Assembly (NCBI GenBank): GCA_904063045.1
Contig: CAJFCJ010000006.1
Location: forward strand, 3,612,408 to 3,676,407
Reading direction: 5' to 3'
From: Dimorphilus gyrociliatus
Taxonomy: Eukaryota > Animalia > Annelida
Length of the DNA: 64,000 bases
Of this stretch, positions 23,172 to 35,162 are shown in pieces (position 1 is the stretch's first letter; every line of letters begins with the position of its first letter). Below the pieces are notes generated by a model. It made no database searches. It worked only from the letters and a program-made list of their open reading frames with translations, and was not told where the DNA came from. The position numbers were made by a program, and so were the translations under genes.

Positions 23172-23889
23172 GGTAATTAGATAATTAACTAAATAGAATT
23201 AATAATAAGTATAAATTATTTTAAAACAGTTTTTTCATTCTTAAATTAAAGGAAAGGGAAAAATTTCTAAGAGACTAATAAAAGAAATAACAATATTATA
23301 TTTACGATGATATTTTTATAATGAATAATAAGAAAACAAATAATAACAAACGGGAATAAGAAAACTTCTTGCATGCCTCTTTTTTTTTACAGAGATATAA
23401 CTTCGCTTTTTTTTGACCTCTCTCGCTTTAGTTGTATTGTAATTTTTTGTTATCTTCAATTGTTAGTAAATGTTTTCTTTTTTTTTTTTTTTTTAATTAC
23501 TTCTTCTAGGAGGAAATATTAAAACTTGGAAAAGGAGATGGTTCGTTCTGGCAAACCAGTGCTTATATTACTTTCAATTTGCCGCTGATAAGGAGCCAAA
23601 GGGTATAATTCCATTGGAGTCAGATCTTCGTGTTCGAGAGACGGATCCAGCAAATACTACGAAGCATAGACCAGCTTGTTTTGAAATTTATAGCGAAAGT
23701 AACTCAGTCATTAAAGCATGTAAAACGGGCGGAGATGGTAAAGTAAGGGAAGGAAAACATGAAATATATAGAATGTGTGCTCCTAATGATAAGGAGAGGA
23801 AGGAATGGATAGAATGTATAAATAACGCGATTCGAAGGGATCGAACACACTTGCCGGGGGGTCCAGAAATAGGTGATAAGACAGCTTAG
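20910..23889 (+). CDS. CYTH: Cytohesin (ARNO/GRP1/Steppke) Arf-GEF: coiled coil, Sec7, PH
   Basis: Coiled coil VRRRKEELLRDIE, Sec7 motifs GLSKTQIGKYLGE, FRIPGESQIIERIME and MLNTTFHNPNVK, PH EGWIFKQ|GGNIKTWKRRWF. The 1160-nt intron 22350..23509 splits the PH beta1-beta2 loop. Confidence 0.93.
22449..22469 (+). other. Candidate 21-nt in-frame microexon in the cytohesin PH loop (adds GRYRNIT)
   Basis: CTAAC branch-like motif and AG at 22447-22448, GTAAAT donor at 22470, phase 1 to 1, no stop. Confidence 0.4.
22611..22622 (+). other. Candidate 12-nt in-frame microexon in the cytohesin PH loop (gaagtggtcgaa)
   Basis: Pyrimidine tract plus CAG at 22608-22610, consensus GTAAGT donor at 22623, phase 1 to 1, no stop. 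Confidence 0.55.
22864..23163. repeat. (TA)n microsatellites in the long cytohesin intron (22864..22886, 23141..23163 and shorter runs)
   Basis: Read directly. Confidence 0.8.
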
Positions 23890-24269
23890 ATAAGAATAGA
23901 ACTTGACAGAAAATTGACTCAGGTGCTTCATCTCTGTTTTTTATGTATACATTCACAAGCGCACCGAATGCTGGACTATTTGTATTTGATATTTACCGAC
24001 TGGGATAAATATGCTTTATTCCATCATAATCCGCCTAGATAATCAAATTTGAAAGTTAATCAACTTTGAACTGTTGAACAATTTTTTTTCTGTTAAAATA
24101 CAATTGTAATTATTTATAATAAAAAAAAAAGAGAGGAAACACTAAATTCTCTACATAAACATAGTCGACACAATCGTACACATACATACATACTTACATA
24201 TCTATATATAAACAATACAACCATATTCTGTTGTTTAAACTATCTTATTAATAGAATTTTTCAACTTGT

Positions 24270-25047
24270 TGACTTTTGAGGCGTATTGTATTGAACACTT
24301 TTTTATTTTTTTGAATAAAGGAAATTTAATTTTCTTGAACAAATAATATAAAGGATAGTTCAAACTTATATAAAATTTATACTTAAACAAAATACCCCTC
24401 TTTATATAAAGAATTGCCGCCCCCTCCCCTCTTCTCCACACTGATTTACAGACAATACTTTCTATTAATTTCTTTCAACCACATTGACTCATGGTGTAGG
24501 TACTTTTTTTAAGTTTACTGTTTATTGCACTCACTGTATGTATTGCTATTGAACGAATATTGACTTGTTTTAAATGGCCTAAATATTGGATATAATTAAG
24601 CATTATACGTGCTGTATATTATACATATAAAAAGCATTAATTGATTATTAAAACGGACATTGACCGACTTTTTTTTTTCTAGACAATGTCTTTTATGACT
24701 TTTGTCGGAGCTACTTTCACTTTGTTTAAGACAATTTAGTATTGTTTAATAAAATGCTAAAAGGATGAAATACTATTTTATATTGTATTATATTACCGAG
24801 ACACTTTTTAGGTGGTAATTTAAAATCTCCCGCCTTTCAAAATTACTACCAGTTGTCGTACATAAAGCATATAAACACAATTGAGTGTTTTGCTGCATTT
24901 TGCTTTTTTTCTATTTTTTTTTAAATATTTTTAATTTCCTGTGAATAGATTACGCTAAGCGTGTAGTCTATTCCTAAGGATTTATGAATAAGAACTATAA
25001 GAGACAAGAGTTGGTGGAATATTGTGGGGTAAATTGCGTTTAGTCTT
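24270..25047 (+). pseudogene. Probable decayed class A (rhodopsin-like) GPCR relic
   Basis: One frame with stops: GNLIFL (24320), LHTDL (24434), LFIALTVCIAIERILTCFKWPKYW (ER at 24551..24556), IIRAV. A shifted frame later gives a hydrophobic segment and VVYS*GFMNKNYKRQ (24964..25007). N1.50-to-R3.50 spacing is 77 codons. Confidence 0.45.
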
Positions 25048-25055
25048 GTAATGCA

Positions 25056-26357
25056 ATGACTCTTAATCTAGCCAAAGAGATATTTGGAACCAAAGTCACT
25101 TGCGATAAACTAGCGAGGGATGACTGCCCTGTTGAAAACCTAATATCCAATAACCCTTCAATATCTAGGAGGGGATACGCTGCCGAGAGGTTTATATCAC
25201 CACCCGTAACGATAACCTTTACCTTTCAATGGCCAATACTCATCCATTCGATAGTAGCGAAATGTTCAGTAGACTCTCAACAAACAAAAATAATCCAGAC
25301 TTCAACCTGTTCTTCAGATGAACAATTCATATTTGCAGGAAGTGGAAAAGTGGAGAGCGATTGTGACACTTTTCAATTTATAAATAACTCATACTCAGGT
25401 GATGAGCCTAGAAGGAGTTTTGCAATCTCAAGGACTATTGTTTCGAAATTAACCAACAGACACTTTTTTGGCAACCGTGGAATTAGATCTTTAAGACTTA
25501 AATTGATTGGTGGACATAGCGTGTTGGGGTTTATTGAAATTTGGGGTCGACCAACGAATAGGAAAGATATAGAATCCGCATTATCAATAGCCAATTCTAA
25601 AACTGATTTTGTCCGTGATATTCCAATTCGCCATTTCAATAGTCAATCTCCTCAAAAAGTTCAAAACGATAAGAAAAATGTATGCGACGTGAAAGAGACA
25701 AGGGATAGAAGAAGATTAAAGAGGAAATTAAATGAATTATCTAATGATAGTATTCCATTGGATTTTTTGGACGATTTAACAAACGAATTAATGCTATTAC
25801 CTTTTATTCTTCCGTCTGGAAAAATTATTGACAAAATGACAATTGAAAAGCATAATGAAGAGGAAACAAAATGGAATAGAATGCCGAATGATCCATTCAC
25901 CGGTATTCCATACAACGATAAAAGTAAACCAGTATATCATACGTCACTTAAGGCCAGAATTGATGAATTTTTAATTCGAAATGAAAATGTTGGATCGAAG
26001 AGAACAGTTGGTGGAAAAGAACAATCCTGCTCAAAGTTGATTAAAATTGATAAAGACCCGAAAGACGAAACTGTAAAAGAGACGACCATCAATTCTTTTA
26101 CGCCTATATTACAATCCTCATCAAATTCTCTTAGTGACGTTCTCGCAGACGTCTTAAGTAAAATTCCGGATAGGACAAACACTAAGCAAAGAGAGGTGAA
26201 AGTATGTTGTCAGTGTAAAAATAAGGAAGATCTTTATAAAATAGTCAGCTGTTCTCACGTGATCTGTCGAAACTGTATATCTAGGGATAAAAAGTTATGC
26301 CCAAATTGTCAGGCGGAGTATGACAATGCGAAAATTGTTAAGGTTCATAGTATCTGA
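25056..26357 (+). CDS. UBOX5: RING finger protein 37 / U-box domain protein 5; single exon
   Basis: N-terminal DGY-like AERFISPPVTITFTF, U-box IPLDFLDDLTNELMLLPFILPSGKIIDKMTIEKH...PNDPFTG, C-terminal RING CCQC...CSHVICRNC...CPNC. Confidence 0.85.
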   Translation: MTLNLAKEIFGTKVTCDKLARDDCPVENLISNNPSISRRGYAAERFISPPVTITFTFQWPILIHSIVAKCSVDSQQTKIIQTSTCSSDEQFIFAGSGKVESDCDTFQFINNSYSGDEPRRSFAISRTIVSKLTNRHFFGNRGIRSLRLKLIGGHSVLGFIEIWGRPTNRKDIESALSIANSKTDFVRDIPIRHFNSQSPQKVQNDKKNVCDVKETRDRRRLKRKLNELSNDSIPLDFLDDLTNELMLLPFILPSGKIIDKMTIEKHNEEETKWNRMPNDPFTGIPYNDKSKPVYHTSLKARIDEFLIRNENVGSKRTVGGKEQSCSKLIKIDKDPKDETVKETTINSFTPILQSSSNSLSDVLADVLSKIPDRTNTKQREVKVCCQCKNKEDLYKIVSCSHVICRNCISRDKKLCPNCQAEYDNAKIVKVHSI

Positions 26358-26453
26358 ATAGAGACCATTGACCTTGTAGATTTCTCTTTTTTTTTTAAAT
26401 CTCAATTTGGCCTAGCTGTACAATAAACAGATTAAAGTGCAAAAGCGTGTAGC

Positions 26454-28210
26454 ATGCATGAAAATACTCCTCTTTTACATAAAACGACGTCGGTGAAGTT
26501 TAAGAGATCGATAACATTAGTACATGCTATCGGTATTATTATTGGAACAGTTATCGGATCTGGTATCTTCGTTGCACCGTCAGGAGTATTCCAGTTCTCA
26601 GGTTCTCTTGTAACTTCCCTATCGATTTGGTTATTTACTGGTTTGTACTGTCTTGGTCAGGCTCTTTGCTATGCAGAGTTAGGCACAGTTCTGCCCAAGT
26701 CCGGTGGGGCTTATATTTACATAATAAACATCTTGGGTGAGATTCCGGCGTTTTTGTGTGCTTGGATTCATATTTTTGTCAATGCCACAAGTTCTTTAGC
26801 GGTACTTTTACGAATCTTTGCCACGTACATTCTTCAACCTTTCAACATTACGTGTAATGAAAGTTTGATTACGGCTACAACAGTTGCTTGTTTAGTGACG
26901 GTTGCCTTCTTGAATGCGAGAAGCGTCTCTTTAGCCGCAAAATTGCAGGCGTTTTTTGCTTTTACTAAAATTCTTTCCATTATTCTGGTGGTTAGTTTCG
27001 GCTGTTATCATCTAGCAATTGGTGGATATAAGAATTTTACCCCATTATTCCATTCGAGTGATTTAGTTATTGGAAATCTTTCAAGAGCCGTCCTGAAGAG
27101 TTATTTCGCCTATAAGGGCTGGTTGGTTTTCCCTCTTTTAAATGGACTTTTTCTCTTCCATTTAACAATGAATGACGCAAATGTTTTCTCTATGCATTTT
27201 TCTTTAGGGAACACATTGCCGCCCTTCCGGAGGAGATGGTTAACCCTGAAAGAGATTTACCAATTACCATGATAGCCTCAGTTTCGACAATAACCCTACT
27301 CTATTTAATTATGAACGTGGCTTACGCGGGAGTCTTAACTCCCGACGAAATTTTACGTTCCGAAACAGTAGCTCAGGTAATAAATCATTGCCAAATAACC
27401 AAAAATTATTATTGAAAGCACTTAAATATATGTTTTGACCTTAGAGTTTCTCCCAGAAAATTCTTCCCTCAGAGTACTCTTGGATTGTACCTGTAGTAGT
27501 TGCTTTAGCGTCTTTGGGCTCGGCTAACGGCGCTTTTATCGGAGATGCTAGGTTAATTTATTTTCTTCTCAAAAACAAATGGGGAACAAATTATTTGTCT
27601 TTTAGGTTTGTTTTTGCTACTGGAAGATCGGGACAATACCCAGAAATATTAGGATATATTCATTATAGATATAAAACTCCTATTATGGCTATAATATTAA
27701 TTGTTTGTCATTTTTTATTTCATTTAATTTATATCTCATTAATATGACTTTTTTGTCATGTCTTTTTTTTGCTTGTTTCTATTATAGACATTAATTACTG
27801 GACTATACTCGTTTATACCTGCCTTAGGAGAACTTTTGGAATATGCATCGATGGCTAGTCAATTTAAAATTCTACTGGTTTTAATAGCTTTATTATATTT
27901 GAGATGGAAACGCCCGGATATTCATAGGCCTATTAAAGTTCCAATTTTTATTGTTATCCTCACGCTAATTGCCCTTTTAGTTATTATAATACCGGCGTTT
28001 GTAACGAATCCTACAACTTTAGGAGCGTGTTTACTATTATTCCTACTGGGAATACCACTATATTTTCTCGGAGAGGTCGCGAAGAAGTCAAATTGGATAG
28101 AATATTTAATGAATTGGATCACAATCAAATTACAATTACTTTTACTTGTCCTACCTTTGAAAAAGGATAATAAGAGAAAAGATATTATGGCTGCATCATT
28201 TGGAAAGTAG
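26454..28210 (+). CDS. SLC7: SLC7 (LAT/b0,+AT-type) amino-acid transporter light chain, 5 exons
   Basis: IGIIIGTVIGSGIFVAP, YAELGTVLPKSGGAYIY, FAYKGW, EEMVNPERDLP, LRWKRPDIHRPIKVP; short GT-AG introns such as 27122..27207. Confidence 0.9.
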
Positions 28211-28379
28211 GCAAAAAGTTGACATGTTTATTTAGGCAATTATGTGAAAATTGGAAAATAATGTTAAGTAAAAACATTGTTTGTTATTAGCTAATTAATT
28301 GTTTTATTATATTGTTGTATTTTTTCTCGAGTAATAACAAATTAGGGAATAATATTACAAATTTTCGCTTATGAAATTG

Positions 28380-31300
28380 TTATCTTCCCTTGTGGATTAC
28401 GGGAGGTGTTAGTGAACTACTTTTCGATAATGAAAACGTTTGCCCCGTAGATGTAGTACAAATTCCAGTCGATCCTTCATCCGATTCTGATCTGGCAAAT
28501 GGGGATTTTAAAACTGATCTCAATACATTTTTCATTTGTAGTTTCTGACATACAACTCTTAATCTTAATTTCGCCATATCGAACGCTATAATCCAATAAT
28601 TTTTAATTGTTTGCGATTGGATTTCTGGTAATTCTATTTCTTTGTCGTTTTGGGATTTAAGTTGCTTCTTTGAAGATAGGTAATATTCAAGCGGTAGGCC
28701 TACTATTACTAGAATAAGCGTAGATATAAATAGAAAGATAAAGATTGACTTTTCATCTGTAAATTTGGATTTGCCTAATTCCTGTAGTCTATTGGGACAA
28801 TGTTTATATTTTGCCAATGGGATTTGATCAAAATGGTGATGAAACATTTCAGAAGCGAATAACATTGTTTCGTAAGATTCGTAATAGTTGAGGATATGCT
28901 TACGAGCGGCTAAATTAAATCGGACGGCTGAAGACAACGGCACGCTTAAGGGAAGGGTTTCAATCTTTTTTAATCGACATTCCGATCTGGAGATAATTTC
29001 ATTGATACGTTGAACGAAACCTTCGTAGACCACCGAAGAAGACAGGGAATTTGAGCTCTTTGGTAATAGTAAATTTGTAATATCCTCGATTACGGACGTA
29101 TAGTGCTCCAAAGATCTATTTATGACAATCCTCTTTTCAAGTTTCATATATCCACTGGTAAGACCAAAGTGCTTACGAGTTGATGGTAATTCCATATTAA
29201 TAACTTCTCCTAGGAATTTTTGAGTATTTAAAAATATATACAGAGTTTTATAATCGTATATTTGTCTTTCATTAGAAAACTGAACCAATCTTGCTATTCT
29301 AGCACTAGGATAAAGCACAAAGAGAACCATTATGAAATTTAAGCTCAAGACCAATTTCACCAAGCGTCTATTGGTTAAATTAGTTAAACTAATAGTAGAA
29401 ACCTGATCAAATACTAGACAAGCCAAATGCCAAACGATAAAGCTGCGCTCTCTTTGTTTCTTGTCCTCGAAAGCTCCGTATATAATTAATAGAATATATC
29501 CAATGAATTGAAGAACCAGTAAATATATAATAATACGATAGTCAACAACATTAAAAAAGCTTGAAAACCCTACAGGGATATTTTCATGAGCCGTCAAACC
29601 AACCAATTTGGTCTTCCAGATTGTATTTCCAAATTTAACATATTTTTTATAAGATTGCGTTGAAAAAAAAGTGGCTAGCCCTATATCGACCTCATTCTCA
29701 GCCAACAATCGAATAACGCCCTGCGGTTCATTGGGAAAAGTTTTCCTAATCTTAACTAAGTCCATTATCCTTAATCTAAGTCGAAATGAGTACATTTATT
29801 TGCATAATATTTTCCAAGGTTAATTTACGTACGTATAGGAAAATTTTAAAGTGTTTCGTATATGTTCTAGCATCTCCCAAACTAAACCTCTAATCGGGGG
29901 AACGCTCGTCGAATTCGAATGATAGATTATCTCCCAATTGGTTGCTTTCTCATACTTTTTATCAACAAATTGCATTTCAGGAACGAACTAAATATTAGGC
30001 AAGATATAATAATTTAATTATAAATAATAGGGAGTTTGTCCTTTCTTAAACGACTTACTGGCCACGCCGTAAATGTTAGATGAACGCCATCTAGCGTATT
30101 AGAGAAAGATTTTGGCTTGGTATTGGTTGAACCTTATTGATTGTTTACTACTTATTAAAAAAATGTACGCAGAATAATACTTATTATTTAAGTACTACCA
30201 AAAAAAGTTACTATGTTCTCTAAATAAGGATTCCAGTCAATTTTAAAGCTTCCTTCCGGTTCATCTAAATTAATTTCTATGGTGGCTAATGATATCTAAA
30301 GAGAACAGAGAGAAAGAAAGAAAGCGAATTACATTTGACTTCAACTTGAAAATGATACTAATTCTTTTATTCTATACATAAGGAGATATACCTGACAGAC
30401 AGGCATCCCTTTGCAAGAACCCTTTTGTAAGTTGAAAATTTCAAAGTGAGAACTCCTAAACTCCTTTTATATGTATATAAAAAATGAAAGAAAGGAAGAA
30501 GAGAAACACATAAAGAAACCTAACCTCTCGAACATATTCAATCATTTTAATCCCATATGGATTAGAGTATATTCCATTATTACAAATCGATTTTGGTACT
30601 TTGTACTTGCTATCATTCGATTTTAAAGAATCCTCTTTATCCAAAAAATTCTCTAAACCTGAAAATGTTCTTTTCAATACCGAAGATCGCCAACCATTTT
30701 CCGAATATCGTATTCCCATTAAACCGATAAGATCGATTAAAAATAAGGAATAACTTATATCATAATTCTCGGTAAAGAATTTATCACTGACATCTAAATC
30801 CATTATCCATCCCCATCCGTTGTAAAGCATATCCTTTTTCTGGGCCAGATTTAATATTCTCCTCGTATCGTAGAGATTAGTAGCCGTAAGGAGACCTATT
30901 CTCAAACCTCTAGCCTTTAGGAATATTGTTGTTTATTACAAAACTAACTATAAAGTAGTTATATTTGTATAATATTTAAATTTCCTATTTAAATATATTT
31001 CACCTTCATCGTTTCTAAATCATTTTCTCTATTAGATGAATTAGTTAGTATTAATGGTAATTCTTTTATATTAATCAACTTTTGGAGCATATATCGAAAA
31101 GAGCGTAAATTTTCAAAATCTATGGAAATAATAGAAAAAATGGTTTGTTTTTTCTCTTCAAGCTATCTTAGCTTACAATAATGTTTATCCAAAGATGTAA
31201 ATATAGCAATTCTATCCCAACCAAATCTTTTCATGATTTCTACGACAAATCGAAAAGATAACGTTGCTGTTATCTTATGCTATTCGAAGAAGAGACTTTC

Positions 31301-31859
31301 CATTTAAAGAACATTCCATTCTTAATATTATTGACATTATTTTTCTATTTCTTACCGAGAAAATACTTTGATGACTAAAAGATTCTATATTACTTTTTCT
31401 AACCAATAAGGGAACAAATATGATTGACATGTCGATTTTAGCTAGGAAGCTTATCGTTGATAGTTTTATCGAATTATCAAGAACAATTAAAACGTTCGTT
31501 CTATTCTTTAATAAATTGCAAATAAAAGCTATAAATTATATAAAAAGAATATTTATATTTTCAATTATTAAATCAAATATGATATTTTTATTAAAAACCT
31601 CCAGAATTAATATGGTTGGAACCATATTCCCAATTAATAGAAAAGTTCGAATTTTTCGAAGGTCGCCATTTTTTTTTTATTGGAGGCTCAGACTGAAAAA
31701 TAGCTTTGAAAAAATTCTCTCAAAATAAGAACAAAGTATAAAAGATAACAATTTAATATATTAAAATATTGTTATATGTTTACCAATTCTTAATAATTTA
31801 TAAGGTAAGACAAGATCAAAAATTGATAAAGTTGCTACTAAATTGATAAAAAGAAGCAT
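28380..31859 (-). CDS. Divergent ionotropic glutamate receptor / IR-like channel with N-terminal ATD, multi-exon
   Basis: Signal peptide MLLFINLVATLSIFDLVLP (ATG 31859); ATD-like ICNLLKN, MKRFGWDRIAIF, KKDMLYNGWGWIM; S1 RGLVWEMLEHIRNTLKFSYT and GVIRLLAENEVDIG; M1, P-loop, M3 LYPSARIARL, S2, M4 ending PLEY. Some internal small exons are approximate. Confidence 0.8.
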
Positions 31860-31997
31860 ATTTCCAAATAAATCTTTTTATTTAGTTCAAGTGGATCTCT
31901 TAAACAGTTGCTTTTCTATTTTACGGAACGTTCTGAATTATACGAAATTTTTAATTTGATAGATATAAATCTTCAGTTATTATCTTATAAGATTTTC

Positions 31998-33397
31998 TCA
32001 TCTAAGATTAGAAATATTCCAAAACATCATAAAGCAAAACAAGAGTTCGGATATTCTGTTAAAGTCTAAAAATATTTAAACTAAGTATTTAGTATAATTA
32101 AAAATGAATAGCGCTCACCTCCTTTTGATGTATTTGGAGGAGTGGTTCGAGTAGTTGGATTTGTACTAGGAGTAGTTGGATTTGTACTAGGAGTACTAGG
32201 ACACATATAAGATGATCTATCTAGTACGGTTTTAGTTACTACTTCTACAATTCTACCGAGATGTTTAATCTTCGCATCAGTCACTTGCTCGAAATTGTCG
32301 CATGGCTGTGCGTAACATTCTCTCATTACACCTCTGTTCCTACCTAATTTTATCAGAAATTGAGATGTATGAACAGAAATTACCATAATAATTTACTATT
32401 TTACTTTACCCGAGTCAGTTATCATAACTGCAGTCATGTTGACGGGTCCGTCGTAAAGATAAAATTGCCTAAGATCAGCTTGGAAGAATTGACCTAGAAT
32501 TGGTCCTATAATTGGTCCCGTAAGAGGTGGTTTTAGAGGCCCCCCCGGAAGGTCTAAAGTTAATCGAAGAAATTTAAATGTATCATTCACAGAGGACATA
32601 CTCTCATTCCAATTCTTTTGTAGAGTTTCGTGCAGGTCAAAATCCGGCTGTGTTCTACCAATAACTAAAGCAAAATTTCCTCTTCCTTTGTTTTCTACAA
32701 ACCATTCATGTTCCTTTGGCCATAGCCATTTAAATACATCAGGGTGGACAGGAATGTTTTGAGAGTTTTCAGTATCATTCCAATTCATCATAGTTTCTAG
32801 AACGATAGCACCCTGAAATTTTGGTTTATTCGGTTGACCGTTTCCCAGCATTTTTGGGACTAAAAAGTTATTGATAAAATGTTTAATTCCAAGTTGACTA
32901 TATTCCTCAAAATCATTAGCAACTAGTAAAATTGTATGACTATGTTGACAAGGAGCTGAAAGGAGCAGACGTAAAATTTCTAATAAAGCTGAAGTCCCTG
33001 AACCATTGTTGTCTACTCCACCAGCATACTCATATGTATCATATTGAGCAGTAACAGCAATTATTTTATCATTTGACGTACCATAGTGTCTTCCTTTAAA
33101 TATTAAATAATAGTTTATACCTTGCGCCGTTTCGTTTAGAGCATTAAGCAACGTAGTTTGAAAGGGATCAATAACGTAATCAACTTCTTTAGATTGATTG
33201 GCAATTGAAAAATGACCTTCTATGAATGATCTAACATTATCCTTTTGCCACATATGCTTTAAGTCTATGTGATTTCTTGGTGCATCAAAATATCTCTGAA
33301 GATTATTTCTCAACGTCTCTAAATTTGAATGTAAAAAGTCAAATTGGCTCCAACCAGATACATTTGCTATCATAAAAAGTAAAATGAAGTACTTCAT
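31998..33397 (-). CDS. Peptidase M28-family homologue, predicted catalytically dead, with mucin stalk and GPI-like tail; join(33397..32410,32343..32119,32065..31998)
   Basis: Signal peptide MKYFILLFMIANVSG; M28 blocks TAQYDT, GGVDNNGSGTSALLE, DFEE, GAIVLETM, ECYAQPCD; PT-rich stalk; terminal ELLFCFMMFW. Confidence 0.85.
32149..32195. repeat. 21-nt tandem repeat (2+ copies) encoding the PSTNPTT stalk
   Basis: gagtagttggatttgtactag at 32149..32169 and 32170..32190, plus a partial third copy. Confidence 0.9.
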
Positions 33398-33440
33398 AGT
33401 GTAAAGCTAACCTTATGGTCTAAACAGAAAATATCTGGAT

Positions 33441-33449
33441 TTTTATATA
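33441..33449 (-). promoter_or_regulatory. TATA box (TATATAAAA) upstream of the M28 gene
   Basis: About 44 nt upstream of ATG 33397, and downstream of the AK2 AATAAA at 33518..33513. Confidence 0.4.
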
Positions 33450-33595
33450 AGTAACTTTTTTGCCTTATCAGCATTTTGATACAAGATTTCTGATCAGTAA
33501 ATTGATTATCTGTTTATTTCAGTGTTTTTCTGTTCTTTTTATTATGAATTATCCATAGTATACAAGATACAGAAACAATCACAAAACAATTAATC

Positions 33596-34651
<1,056 letters not shown>

Positions 34652-35135
34652 TGTTCAAGAGTCTTGTCGAAAATCCTTTAGAGCGACGTGTTACAAATAC
34701 TATCCTTGATTTGCCTGAAGGTCAAGACAGGTTCGCAGAAAATTTAGTGGCTCTAACGAGCAAGAGTTGTATAGGTTTACGTATTTTCCATCGAAAAAAC
34801 TCTACTGCTATTTATCAACATTTTTTTATAAACTTAATTGTTTTTTTTTTGGCCTTTTTCTTTCTTTTATTTTTTGTAACTTTTCAACTTGACATCTATC
34901 ATTCAGTTTATAGGCCGTTTGTTAATGAAAAGCAGAATTTTAGTTTGCGATTACCTTAGGTATATTTTTCTTGTTTTTATATGTAATTTGCAAAGATTTT
35001 GGCCCTTCTAAAGGTTATGTGAACATTTTTATAAGTTTTCTTGAAATCGAATTGAACGCAAGATCGTATTGGAAATCGATTTTTATTAATACAAGTTAAT
35101 ATAAAGCAATTCGATTATCGTAACAATAATCGGCT

Positions 35136-35148
35136 GTCGCTAAGCGAC
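35136..35148. promoter_or_regulatory. RFX X-box-like perfect palindrome GTCGCT-A-AGCGAC
   Basis: Fits the X-box pattern GTHNYY-N-RRNRAC and lies 14 nt upstream of the ATG of the ciliary gene CCDC96. Confidence 0.6.
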
Positions 35149-35162
35149 ATCAGAGAAACAAC

